Shown one piece after another: positions 26,861 to 36,734 of a stretch of 64,000 nucleotides of DNA (the first letter of the stretch is position 1; every line of letters begins with the position of its first letter). The stretch covers positions 256,001-320,000 of the forward strand of contig CAWFDF010000008.1 of assembly GCA_963814585.1 (NCBI GenBank), written 5' to 3'. The position numbers were made by a program, and so were the translations under genes. The DNA comes from an uncultured delta proteobacterium. Its GTDB lineage: Bacteria; Myxococcota; Myxococcia; Myxococcales; Anaeromyxobacteraceae. The notes under the pieces are model-generated. The model searched no databases. It worked only from the letters and a program-made list of their open reading frames with translations, and was not told the origin of the DNA.

Positions 26861-28971
26861 CCCTGGGCCTTCCTCGGGCCGGCGCCCGGGGGCAGCTCGG
26901 CCTGGATCTTCCTGAAGTCGGCGACGTCCGAGAAGATCGAGGCCACCCTGCGCATCAGCGCCAGCCGGTTGGCCCGCAGCCGCGGGTCCTCCGCCATCAC
27001 CATGACCTCGTCGAAGAAGGCGTCGACGGCAGGCTCGAGCGCGGCCACGGCCTGGAGGATGGCCGGGTAGTCGCGCCGCGACCGCAGCGCCGCCGCCTCG
27101 CGCTCGACGCGCTCCAGCTCGGCCCACAGCGCCTTCTCGGCCGGCTCGGACAGCAGGGCCGCGTCCACGCCGGCCCCGCCCGCGGGCGCCTTCTCCTGGA
27201 TGTTGGCGACGCGCTTGAACGCGACCGCCAGCGGCAGGAAGTCCTCTCGCCGCCGCACCACCGCCAGCGCCTGCAGCCGCTGGCGCGCGTCGACGACGTC
27301 GTCGTGGCCGGCGGACAGCACCGCCTCCACCAGGTCCACGTCGAACTCCTCCGACCAGAGCGCCTTGAGCCGGCCGCGGATGAAGTCGAGCACCTGGGCC
27401 GCCACCTGCTGACGATCGGTCGCCAGCCGGACCCCGGACAGCCCATCCAGCGTGGCCTCGACGGCGGCGCGCAGCGAGAGGTGGTAGCCGCGATCGAGCA
27501 GGATCCTGAGGATGCCGATGGCGGCGCGCCGCAGGCCGAAGGGATCGGCCCCGCCGGTGGCCTTCTCCCCGACGCCGATGATGCCGACCAGCTGGTGGAG
27601 CCGGTCCGACAGGCCGATCAGCGCGCCCAGGTCCCCGCGCGGCATCTCCTGGCCGGCACCGATCGGGCGGTAGTGATCCTCGATGGCGTCGGCGACGTCG
27701 GGGGCGAGCCCCTCCAGCCGCGCGTAGTGCCCTCCCATGATCCCCTGCAACTCGGGGAACTCCCCGACCATTCCGGTGCCGAGGTCGGCCTTGCAGAGCC
27801 GGGCCGCCTGGCCGAGGTCGGCGAGCAGCCCCTCCCTGCCCATCGACCGCGCCAGGGCCGCTGCCACCAGCCCGATCCGCTCGACCCGCTGCAGCTCGGT
27901 GCCGAGCCGGGCCTGGTAGGTGCGCCGGCCCAGGTCCGCCACGCGGCTCTCCAGCGTCCGCTTCCGGTCCTCCTCGAAGAAGAACCGGGCGTCGGCCAGC
28001 CGGGCCCGCAGCACCCGCTGGTAGCCGCTGCGCGAGACCCTGGGATCCTTCACCGGCGTGCCGGAGATGGCCACGAACCTGTTGGTGAGGCTCCCTCGCC
28101 CGTCCACCACCGCGAAGTAGCGCTGGTGGTTCCGCATCTCCGTGACCACCACCTCGGGCGGGAGGGCCAGGTTGGACCGCTCGAACTCCCCCAGCACCGC
28201 CGTGGGGTGCTCGACCAGCCAGGTGACCTGCTGGACCAGCTCCGGGTCCGGGCGGACCGTGCCGCCGCCCCGCCTCGCCGCCGCCGCCAGCGCCTTCTCG
28301 ATGGCAGCCTGGCGCTCCGCCGGATCGACCACGACGTGGCCCCTGGCCATCTTCCGCAGGTAGTCCTCGGGCGAGCCCAGGAGCGGGACGGCCCTGGGCG
28401 CGAGGAAGCGGTGACCATGGGTGACGGTGCCGCTCTGCACCTCGCCGTGGCGGACCTTGACCGGCTTCCCGCCGTACAGCGCGGCCAGCCAGCGGACCGG
28501 GCGGGCGAAGGTGACCTCGTCCCAGCGGGAGCGCATCGCCTTCTTGAAGCGCAGGCCCGTGAGCAGGCGGGTGAGGAGCGCGGGGAGAACCTGCTCCGCC
28601 TTCTTCCCCTTCTCCACCCGGGTGACGCCGAGCCGGAGCCCCTTGGGCGACTCGATCCGCTCCAGGGCGGCGACCTCCACGCCCTGGCTCCTGGCGAAGC
28701 CCAGCGCCGCCGCGGTGGGCTTCCCCTCGGCGTCGAAGGCGCTGGCCACCGGGGGCCCCAGCGACTCGCTCCTGGCATCGGACTGCCGGGCGGCGAGGTC
28801 GCGGGCCCAGACCACCAGCCGGCGCGGCGTCCCCATGGCCTTGACCTCGCCGTGGGCGAGGCGGGCCTCGGCGAGCAGCGCGCCCAGGTCCACCTCCAGT
28901 TGCCGCACCGCCAGCGGCGCGAAGCCGGCCGGGATCTCCTCGGCCCCGATCTCGAACAGAAGGTCAGCCAT
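26857..28971 (-). CDS. glyS: Glycine--tRNA ligase beta subunit
   Basis: LLFEIGAEEIP, TPRRL, FARPVRW, HQRYF, KADLGTGMVGEFPELQG, DPFGLRR, NRLAL. Confidence 0.97.
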   Translation of the reverse strand: MADLLFEIGAEEIPAGFAPLAVRQLEVDLGALLAEARLAHGEVKAMGTPRRLVVWARDLAARQSDARSESLGPPVASAFDAEGKPTAAALGFARSQGVEVAALERIESPKGLRLGVTRVEKGKKAEQVLPALLTRLLTGLRFKKAMRSRWDEVTFARPVRWLAALYGGKPVKVRHGEVQSGTVTHGHRFLAPRAVPLLGSPEDYLRKMARGHVVVDPAERQAAIEKALAAAARRGGGTVRPDPELVQQVTWLVEHPTAVLGEFERSNLALPPEVVVTEMRNHQRYFAVVDGRGSLTNRFVAISGTPVKDPRVSRSGYQRVLRARLADARFFFEEDRKRTLESRVADLGRRTYQARLGTELQRVERIGLVAAALARSMGREGLLADLGQAARLCKADLGTGMVGEFPELQGIMGGHYARLEGLAPDVADAIEDHYRPIGAGQEMPRGDLGALIGLSDRLHQLVGIIGVGEKATGGADPFGLRRAAIGILRILLDRGYHLSLRAAVEATLDGLSGVRLATDRQQVAAQVLDFIRGRLKALWSEEFDVDLVEAVLSAGHDDVVDARQRLQALAVVRRREDFLPLAVAFKRVANIQEKAPAGGAGVDAALLSEPAEKALWAELERVEREAAALRSRRDYPAILQAVAALEPAVDAFFDEVMVMAEDPRLRANRLALMRRVASIFSDVADFRKIQAELPPGAGPRKAQG

Positions 28972-28989
28972 GGGTCTCTCTCTCGAAGG

Positions 28990-29925
<936 letters not shown>

Positions 29926-29971
29926 GCGATCGCTCCTCGCGACGGGTGGCCGGGGGCCACCGGGACCGTGC

Positions 29972-30000
29972 AACCTATGGTTCCAACCCCGCGATGTCAA
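29972..30000 (-). promoter_or_regulatory. Sigma70-type promoter of glyQ
   Basis: TTGACA-17 nt-TAGGTT on the minus strand, about 45 nt upstream of the glyQ start. Confidence 0.75.
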
Positions 30001-30051
30001 ACGGTAAGCTGCCCGGACCGCCCCGGCCGGGATCGGTCCACGGGAGCGGCG

Positions 30052-30828
30052 CTACGGGTCGGCCAGCTGCGGCGCGATCTCGTCGAGGAAGCGCCGCGCC
30101 TGCATCCGGTGACCCAGCTGCTGCTCCACGAATCGTCCCAGCGCCTCGCGCAGCTCCCGTCCAACCGGTGCGGAGACCCCCTCGGCGGCCGCTCCGAAGC
30201 CGCCGTGCTGGAGCCGCCGCAGGACCCCCACCGCCGCCGCGGAGAGCCGGGTGATCCCGACCGCCCCCACCTCGCAGCGCTCGCAGAGCACGCCCCCGTC
30301 GGCGGGGGCGAACGCCGCCCCTCGTTCCCCCACCGCGGCGGCCCCGCCGCAGCGCGCGCAGCCGTCGAGCCGTGGCTGGAAGCCGGCGGCCTCCAGCGCC
30401 CAGAGCTCGAAGACCCGCAGCTCGGCCGGCCGGGCCGGCCCGGCGTCGAGCCGGCCGAGGTACTCCACCAGCAGGTCGAAGAGGGCGGCGTGCGGCTCGT
30501 GATCGCGCACCAGCGAGCCGGCCAGCTCCGCGGCGTAGGCGGCGCAGCCGATCCTGGCCAGGTCACCGCGGACGTGGTGGAAGGAGCGCTCGACCGACAC
30601 GGAGTCGAGACGGGCCATGGCGTCGCCCCCGCCTCGTTCGGCCAGCTCGGCGGTGACCAGCGTGAAGGGCTCCAGCCCGCCGCCGAAGCGCCGCTTCGAG
30701 GCGCGGGCACCGCGGGCGAAGGCCACCAGCTTGCCCCGCTCGTGGCTCAGCAGGGTCACCACGCGATCCGACTCCCCGTAGTCGACCGTGCGCAGGACCA
30801 CCGCGGAGAGCTTGAACCTCGCGCTCAC
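30052..30828 (-). CDS. recO: DNA repair protein RecO
   Basis: VVLRTVDYGESDRVVTL, ARGARASKRRFGGGLEPF, Zn finger CARC...LCERC. Confidence 0.95.
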   Translation of the reverse strand: MSARFKLSAVVLRTVDYGESDRVVTLLSHERGKLVAFARGARASKRRFGGGLEPFTLVTAELAERGGGDAMARLDSVSVERSFHHVRGDLARIGCAAYAAELAGSLVRDHEPHAALFDLLVEYLGRLDAGPARPAELRVFELWALEAAGFQPRLDGCARCGGAAAVGERGAAFAPADGGVLCERCEVGAVGITRLSAAAVGVLRRLQHGGFGAAAEGVSAPVGRELREALGRFVEQQLGHRMQARRFLDEIAPQLADP

Positions 30829-31211
30829 CCCGGTGACCTGCACCAGGCCGAGAGCAGCATGGTCGCCACGGCGCCGACCGCCAGCGCCGCCACCACCAGG
30901 GGGAGCCACCGGCGTGCGCGCGGGCGACGCTCCTCCCTCGGCTCCGGGCCGGCCGCCTCCTGCCAGCGCAGCACCACGTCGTCGGGGTCGAGGCCGGCGG
31001 CCGTGGCGTAGCTGCGGAGGTAGCCGACCACGTAGCCGCGCGGCGGCATCCGGGCGTCGTCACCCGCCTCGATGGCCTCGATGACGCCAACCCCCAGCCG
31101 CGTCGCCGCCGCCAGGTCCTCTCGCTCCAGGTCGCGCAGCTCGCGCTCCTGCTTCAGCCAGCGGCCGAAAGCCTCGAGCGATCCGGCCGGGGGCGCCTGG
31201 GCTGCGGGCAT
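30825..31211 (-). CDS. RodZ-like XRE helix-turn-helix membrane protein (short form)
   Basis: FGRWLKQERELR...IEAIEAG...YVVGYLRSYATAAGLD followed by one TM helix. Confidence 0.85.
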   Translation of the reverse strand: MPAAQAPPAGSLEAFGRWLKQERELRDLEREDLAAATRLGVGVIEAIEAGDDARMPPRGYVVGYLRSYATAAGLDPDDVVLRWQEAAGPEPREERRPRARRWLPLVVAALAVGAVATMLLSAWCRSPG

Positions 31212-31234
31212 CGTCTCGAGCTCCGACCGGGGAC

Positions 31235-31993
31235 CTACTTCAGCAGCTGGAGCGACCTGCGGCACTCGTCGGCCTCGGGGCCCTCGCCGGCCATGGACTG
31301 GCAGGACTCGAAGGCGGCCCGCGCGCCCTCCGCGTCGCCCCCCTTGAGCCGCGCCAGCCCGAGCTGCAGCTGGGCGTCGGCCGTCTTGGGGCATGCCCGG
31401 GCGTAGGCCTCGAGCTCGGCCAGCGCCTCGACCTGCTTCCCCTCGCCGAGCAGGATCCGACCCAGCTCGCGACGTCCCTGGCAGTACCTGGGGGCGATGC
31501 GGATGCAGGTGCGGAGCTCGGCCAGCCCCTCGTCCCTGCGCCCCACCTGGTAGAGCGTCTGGCCCTTGTTGCAGCGGGCCACCCACGGCTCCATGTAGAG
31601 GTTGACGTCGATGGCCTTGTCGAACTCGGCGAGGGCCTCGGTCGGCCGGCCGGTCCTGGCCAGCAGCTGGCCGAGGTTGTTGTGGGCCTCCGGGTAGTTC
31701 GGCCGGATGAGCAGCGCGTGGCGGTAGTCGGCCTCGGCCTGTGCCAGCTTCCCGAAGCCGTACTCCATCACCAGCCCGCGCCCCAGCAGCGCCTCCGGCA
31801 TGTCGGGGTCGGCCGCCAGCGCGATGTCGAACTCCTTCAGCGCCTCCTGCGAGCGGCCGGCGCGCAGGGCCTCGACCGCCAGGTCGTGGTGGATCTCGGC
31901 GGTCTTCTGCTCCTTGGGTGTCGGCCCGTGGGCGCAGGCCCCGAGGAGGAGCAGCAAGGCTGCGGCGAGGCGGCGGGCGCGGAGGTGGGCCAT
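31235..31993 (-). CDS. tgl: Type IV pilus pilotin, TPR lipoprotein (Tgl/PilF/PilW family)
   Basis: Lipobox LGAC; TPR repeats (PEAHNNLG, ARCNKG); Cys-rich C-terminal half; 252 aa; adjacent to a rodZ-like gene as in pilF-rodZ loci. Confidence 0.82.
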   Translation of the reverse strand: MAHLRARRLAAALLLLLGACAHGPTPKEQKTAEIHHDLAVEALRAGRSQEALKEFDIALAADPDMPEALLGRGLVMEYGFGKLAQAEADYRHALLIRPNYPEAHNNLGQLLARTGRPTEALAEFDKAIDVNLYMEPWVARCNKGQTLYQVGRRDEGLAELRTCIRIAPRYCQGRRELGRILLGEGKQVEALAELEAYARACPKTADAQLQLGLARLKGGDAEGARAAFESCQSMAGEGPEADECRRSLQLLK

Positions 31994-32003
31994 GTCGTTC
32001 CGA

Positions 32004-32471
32004 TCAGAAGGACGAGAGGAGCCGCGCGACCCGGACCGCCTCGGCGGCGGCCCCCTGATGGGCGGCGGTGACGGCGACGGCGGGCGGGCGCGGCGGGAAG
32101 AAGAGCGGGAGCCGCTTCATGGTCTCCTCCTGGAGCGCCGGCGACATGTTCCTGAAGTTGAGGTTGTCGAGCATGAAGCCCATCGACTCGAGGAAGTGGA
32201 GCCCCGCCTCCTGCACCTCACGGTACTCCTCGGTGGCCAGCTGGCGCTTCTCGTGGAGGTAGATGACGTTCTCGCCGGTGCGGGGCACGTGGAGCGCGAC
32301 CACGATCGAGAAGGTGCCGTTGGCGTTGCGCAGGCTGCAGAGCAGGCCCTGGACCGACTGGGGCTCCTTGCCCGGGATGGAGATCTGCGGCTGGTTGATG
32401 GCCTCGATGATCGCCACCACCTGCTCGCGGGTGGCGGGGACGAACTGGATGCTCGGCTCCGGCGTGAACAC
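32004..32471 (-). CDS. Hypothetical protein directly upstream of tgl
   Basis: Compact ORF with GC3 bias; EAGLHFLESMGFMLDNLNF segment; co-oriented 10 nt before tgl. Confidence 0.75.
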   Translation of the reverse strand: MFTPEPSIQFVPATREQVVAIIEAINQPQISIPGKEPQSVQGLLCSLRNANGTFSIVVALHVPRTGENVIYLHEKRQLATEEYREVQEAGLHFLESMGFMLDNLNFRNMSPALQEETMKRLPLFFPPRPPAVAVTAAHQGAAAEAVRVARLLSSF

Positions 32472-32486
32472 GTGACCACCCCCCGG

Positions 32487-33200
32487 CTATCGGGCCTCGA
32501 ACACGTACTCCTCCACCTTGTCGTCCACCTCGGCCGCGGTCCGGGTCATCACGGCGAGCGGGTCGTCGATCATGACGTGGTCACCGCCGACGTTGCCCGC
32601 CCCGACCACCAGCTTGAGGGAGACGTCGGGGCTGTGGAAGCGCCGCTCGACCCCCTGCAGCCTCTTGGTGCAGGAGAGCGTCACCTTGTTGCTGCCCGGG
32701 CGGAGGTAGCGGGTGATCTCGGTGACCAGCTGCGGGTCGGTCGACTTGACGACCCGGATCCAGCTGGCGTTGATGAAGACCTCGACGTCGTACTGCGTCC
32801 CGTCGGGCTGGCTCTGCTCGGTGGCCAGGAAGTAACGGCGGGTGAGGCGTGCCGGCGTCACCGGCTGGGCTCCCGCGACCGCCCCGACCGCGCCGGCACC
32901 GGCCGCGGGGACCGGGGGCGCCAGCGGCGCGGGAGGAGCCAGCGGCGCGATCGCCGCTGGCGGAACCGCCCCGACCTGCGCCGGCCCGGGAGCCGGAGCC
33001 GCGCCGGCCACGCGGGCCGCGTAGCCCTTGGCCTGGATCTCCAGGTTGCCCTGGCCGTCGATGACGACGTTGACGTTCTCGAATCTCTGGCTGACGACGC
33101 CGGTGATGTTCACGCCGTTGAGCGTGATGGTGGGCCCCGCCCGGGGCATCGAGGGCCAGGCGATCGCCACCGCGACGAGAGTAAATGCAAGTGAGCGCAT
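32487..33200 (-). CDS. Secreted hypothetical protein with a Pro/Ala linker
   Basis: Signal peptide; two beta-rich domains (ITLNGVNI; DVEVFINASW...ITRYLRPGSNKV) separated by a P/A-rich linker. Confidence 0.75.
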   Translation of the reverse strand: MRSLAFTLVAVAIAWPSMPRAGPTITLNGVNITGVVSQRFENVNVVIDGQGNLEIQAKGYAARVAGAAPAPGPAQVGAVPPAAIAPLAPPAPLAPPVPAAGAGAVGAVAGAQPVTPARLTRRYFLATEQSQPDGTQYDVEVFINASWIRVVKSTDPQLVTEITRYLRPGSNKVTLSCTKRLQGVERRFHSPDVSLKLVVGAGNVGGDHVMIDDPLAVMTRTAAEVDDKVEEYVFEAR

Positions 33201-33209
33201 CTGCTGGTG

Positions 33210-33238
33210 TTTCTAGCAACTGTGACGTGCCGGGTCAA
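33210..33238 (-). promoter_or_regulatory. Sigma70-type promoter for the tgl-recO gene run
   Basis: TTGACC-17 nt-TAGAAA, 9 nt before ATG 33200. Confidence 0.55.
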
Positions 33239-33257
33239 GGCGACGGCAGGCACGCCC

Positions 33258-33890
33258 TCAGACGCCGCGGGCGTCCGGACCCCAGATCAGCTTGTGCAGC
33301 TGGAGGGACAGCCGCGCCTCGATCCCCGCCGCCAGCAGCCACTCCGCCAGCACCTTCGGCTCGACCGCCGGCACCACCGGCGAGAAGAGGACCGCCACCC
33401 GCCCGGGCAGCCGGTGGCGCCTCGCCACCTCGACCGACCAGTCGAAGTCCGCCCGCGACGCCACCACGAACTTCACCTCGTCGTGCTGCCGGAGCCGCTC
33501 GAGGTAGCCGAAGTCCCTCGTCTCCTCCCCCGAGCCGGGTGGCTTCACGTCGTAGATCCGGATGGCGTCCTCCGGCAAGCCCTCGGCGTCCCGCTGCCCG
33601 TGGGTCTCGACGGTGACCTCCCACCCGCCGGCGAGCAGGTCTCGGCAGAGCCCTGGCAGCTCCGCCTGCAGCAGCGGCTCGCCCCCGGTGAGGCAGACGT
33701 GTCGGACTGGCAGGGCGTCCAGCTCGGCCACGATGGCGTGGCGTGATCGCTCCTCGCCACCCTGGAAGGCGTGGCTGGTGTCGCACCAGGTGCAGCGCAG
33801 ATCACACCCGGTGAAGCGGACGAACGCGCACGGCCGCCCTGCTCGCGTCCCCTCCCCCTGGATGCTCAGGAAGATCTCGGAGACCCGCAT
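33258..33890 (-). CDS. queE: 7-carboxy-7-deazaguanine synthase (radical SAM)
   Basis: SEIFLSIQGEG, FVRFTGCDLRCTWCDT, LTGGEPL, VKFV, SLQLHK. Confidence 0.9.
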   Translation of the reverse strand: MRVSEIFLSIQGEGTRAGRPCAFVRFTGCDLRCTWCDTSHAFQGGEERSRHAIVAELDALPVRHVCLTGGEPLLQAELPGLCRDLLAGGWEVTVETHGQRDAEGLPEDAIRIYDVKPPGSGEETRDFGYLERLRQHDEVKFVVASRADFDWSVEVARRHRLPGRVAVLFSPVVPAVEPKVLAEWLLAAGIEARLSLQLHKLIWGPDARGV

Positions 33891-34582
33891 CAGCTGCCCG
33901 GCAGGCGCGAGGCGGCGAAGCGCGGGCCAGGCTCCCCGGGAATGGCCAGCTGGAGCCGCCGATACTCCTCCAGCACCCGCGTGGCGTAACCCACCACCTC
34001 GGGAGGCACGTTGCCGGCCTGGATCCAGGCATAGAGCCGGTTCGGACCGGCGTTGTAGGCCATGAGGGCCACGTCACGATCGGGGTAGCTGTCGAGGCAG
34101 CGACGCAGGTAGCGAACGCCGGCCCGGACGTTGGCGACCGGGTCATGAGGGTCGCGGGCGTCCATGCCGAGCCCGGCCGCTTCCCGCTGGAGCGTCCCGG
34201 GCAGCAGCTGCATCAGGCCGATCGCTCCCGCCGAGCTCACCACCGACGGGTCATAGCCCGACTCGACCTCGATGACGGCCAGCACCAGGCGCGGATCGAG
34301 CCGCACCGCCTCGGCCTCGGCCAGGATGGTCCGCGCCAGGTCCTCGTGGAGCGCCGGATCGAGCCCCGGCATCCGGGTGAAGAGGTGATCCTCGAACTGG
34401 GCCACCCGCAGCTCGCGGAGCGCGTCCGGACAGCCGGCCGCCAGGCAGGCGCCCATCTCCTGCTCGGCGGGACGGATCTTCCGTTCAGGGTCGGAGAGGC
34501 CGGAGGGCACGGTCAGCATGGCCGCGCCCCCGACGGCGGCCAGCCCCAGCCCGAATGCCGCCCTGACCGCCGAGCCGATCAC
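33890..34582 (-). CDS. Lytic transglycosylase (SLT domain); true start may be ATG 34653 if the G7 run carries a frameshift
   Basis: LVLAVIEVESGY, SSAGAIGLMQL, NVRAGVRYL, ALMAYNAGP. Confidence 0.88.
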   Translation of the reverse strand: MIGSAVRAAFGLGLAAVGGAAMLTVPSGLSDPERKIRPAEQEMGACLAAGCPDALRELRVAQFEDHLFTRMPGLDPALHEDLARTILAEAEAVRLDPRLVLAVIEVESGYDPSVVSSAGAIGLMQLLPGTLQREAAGLGMDARDPHDPVANVRAGVRYLRRCLDSYPDRDVALMAYNAGPNRLYAWIQAGNVPPEVVGYATRVLEEYRRLQLAIPGEPGPRFAASRLPGS

Positions 34583-34653
34583 GCCCCTCGCCGTCCCACG
34601 CCGGCGCGCCTCTCGGCCTTCGCCGCCGCGGACCCCCCCGTGGCTCCACTCAT

Positions 34654-35064
34654 CTACTCCCCCTTTGGCGTGCTCTTCCTGGCCGAGCGGGCCTTCTGCC
34701 CGCTCTCGATCCGCTTGGCAAGTCGCTCGAACTCGTGATGCAGCTCCTCGACCTGCTCGCGGGTCGCAATCCCCAGGAAGGACACGACCTTCCCCTGCAC
34801 CTCCAGCATACGCTCCAAGGCCTCGGCCCGAAAGATATCGGCCTTGCCTCGCCACTTGTCGGTGCGTTCGCGCCCGGTCTTCTGGAGCAGCTCAACCTTG
34901 CCCCGAAGCTCGGCGAGCCGGTCCTCGACCCGGGCCTCGCTCACCATCTTCTCGAGCACGGCCTCGAGCTCCTTCCGGCCGGCCTTCCCCCTCTTGGCAA
35001 GTTCCTTCAATAGTTCCGGAAGCTTGACTCCTCCGAGCTGACTCACCTTTCGCGTGTCGACCAT
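34654..35064 (-). CDS. Phasin-like (PhaF/PhaI-type) coiled-coil protein
   Basis: Helical and charged; C-terminal LGIATREQVEEL...LAKRIE resembles polyhydroxyalkanoate granule proteins. Confidence 0.55.
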   Translation of the reverse strand: MVDTRKVSQLGGVKLPELLKELAKRGKAGRKELEAVLEKMVSEARVEDRLAELRGKVELLQKTGRERTDKWRGKADIFRAEALERMLEVQGKVVSFLGIATREQVEELHHEFERLAKRIESGQKARSARKSTPKGE

Positions 35065-35172
35065 GTCGCCCTCGGGTTATCGGTGGCGACGGGAGGCCGC
35101 CACGACCATCACGGGGCGAATACTGCTCTTGATAATGCGATGCGTCAAGTCAACGCGTTGCGTCGCGTTGCC

Positions 35173-36246
35173 TCAGCCCTTCTGGTCGGCGCCGATGACC
35201 TCATCGATGCACCGGAACCCGTCCCGCTCCATCAGCCGGCAGAGCCCCTCGTTCACCTGGGACGGGAAGCCCGGACCGCCGTAGACGAAGCCGGTGTAGA
35301 CCTGCACCAGCGTCGCACCGGCCCGGAGCTTGGCCCAGGCATCCTCCGCAGACATGACGCCACCCGAGCCGATGATCGGGACCCGGCCCGCGGCCCTCCG
35401 CGCCACCCGACGGATCACCTCGGTGGACCGGGCCGTCAGTGGTGCACCGGAGAGACCGCCCGCCTCTCCAGCGCGAGGGTGCCCCTCGACGCCGGCCCTC
35501 GAGAGCGTGGTGTTGGTGGCGGCGATGGCCGCGACGCCGGCGGCGATGGCCACGTCCACCGCCTCGTCGAGCGCCTCCGGCTCGAGGTCGGGCGCCAGCT
35601 TCACCACCAGCCCCTTCCCCGGGGCGAGCGCCTCGAGCCGGTTCACGCAGGCGCGCAGCAGGCCATCGAGCGCCGCCCGCTCCTGGAGCTGCCGGAGCCC
35701 CGGGGTGTTGGGCGAGGAGATGTTGACCACCAGGTAGTCGGCGAAGCGGTGGAGCGCCTCGATGCAGGCCAGGTAGTCGTCCACCGCCCGCTCGTTGGGC
35801 GTCGTCTTGTTCCTGCCGACGTTGAGCCCGACCACGCCGGTTCGCGCGGCCGGATCGAGGGCCGCCAGCCGCTCGGCGCAGGCCGCGGCCCCCTCGTTGT
35901 TGAAGCCCATCCGGTTGATGAGCGCCCGGTGCTCGGGCAGCCGGAAGAGCCGCGGCCTGTCGTTCCCGGGCTGGGGCCTGGGCGTGATGGTCCCGATCTC
36001 CAGGTGGGAGAAGCCCATCCCCAGCAGCGCCGCGACCGAGACGTCCCCCTTGTCGAAGCCCGCCGCCAGGCCGATGGGGCTCTCGAACTCCAGGCCGAGG
36101 CAGCGCACCCGCAGTCGGGGGTCAGCGCGCGGCCGGCGCCGTCGTGCCAGCGCCGCCGGCACCAGGCGGAGCACGCGGTGGGCCAGGCGGTGGACGAACT
36201 CCGGATCGAAGCGGAAGAGGATCCAGCGGAGCAGGCGCCAGGGCAT
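35173..36246 (-). CDS. pyrD: Quinone-dependent dihydroorotate dehydrogenase (class 2)
   Basis: PIGLAAGFDK, GTITPRPQPGNDRPRLFRL, INRMGFNN, NISSPNTPGLR, VKLAPD, GGLSG, LVQVYTG. Confidence 0.96.
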   Translation of the reverse strand: MPWRLLRWILFRFDPEFVHRLAHRVLRLVPAALARRRRPRADPRLRVRCLGLEFESPIGLAAGFDKGDVSVAALLGMGFSHLEIGTITPRPQPGNDRPRLFRLPEHRALINRMGFNNEGAAACAERLAALDPAARTGVVGLNVGRNKTTPNERAVDDYLACIEALHRFADYLVVNISSPNTPGLRQLQERAALDGLLRACVNRLEALAPGKGLVVKLAPDLEPEALDEAVDVAIAAGVAAIAATNTTLSRAGVEGHPRAGEAGGLSGAPLTARSTEVIRRVARRAAGRVPIIGSGGVMSAEDAWAKLRAGATLVQVYTGFVYGGPGFPSQVNEGLCRLMERDGFRCIDEVIGADQKG

Positions 36247-36257
36247 GGCCGACCTGT

Positions 36258-36734
36258 TTACCGCGGATCGAACACCAGGGTCATGACGATCGCGTCCTCG
36301 TTCTCCTCGGCGTAGTAGCGGGGACGGACCCCCACCGCCCGGTACCCGAGCGAGCGGTAGAGCGCGATGGCCGGTGCGTTGGATCGCCGGACCTCCAGGG
36401 TCGAGAGCCGCGCCCCCAGGCGCCGACCGATCGCCTCGGCCTCCTGCATCAGCGCGCGCCCCACCCCGCGCCGGCGCGCCTCGGGGGCCGTGCCGACATT
36501 GAGGATCTGCACCTCGTCGTGGACCAGCCAGAAGATGACGTAGCCGAGGATCCCGGCCCCGGCCTGCGGGCCGGTCGCCTCCGCCGCCACCAGATGGGAC
36601 CAGGCGTGGCCCAGCTCGGCGCGGAGCAGGTTCTCGGACCACGGGTGGGGGAAGCCGGCCGCCTCGATCGCCATGAGACGCGGCAGGTCGGCCACCACCA
36701 CCGCCCTGAAGCGGAGCGGCGGGACCCCCGTCAC
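36258..36734 (-). CDS. rimI: Ribosomal-protein-alanine N-acetyltransferase
   Basis: FPHPWS, EVQILNVG, RRRGVG, LEVRRSN..AIALY, RPRYY...EDAIVM. Confidence 0.92.
   Translation of the reverse strand: MTGVPPLRFRAVVVADLPRLMAIEAAGFPHPWSENLLRAELGHAWSHLVAAEATGPQAGAGILGYVIFWLVHDEVQILNVGTAPEARRRGVGRALMQEAEAIGRRLGARLSTLEVRRSNAPAIALYRSLGYRAVGVRPRYYAEENEDAIVMTLVFDPR

Noticed and set aside
33258..33890. queE as part of a 7-deazaguanine DNA-modification island
   Set aside because: No dpdA, queC, queD or folE nearby; ordinary queuosine synthesis is the simpler explanation.
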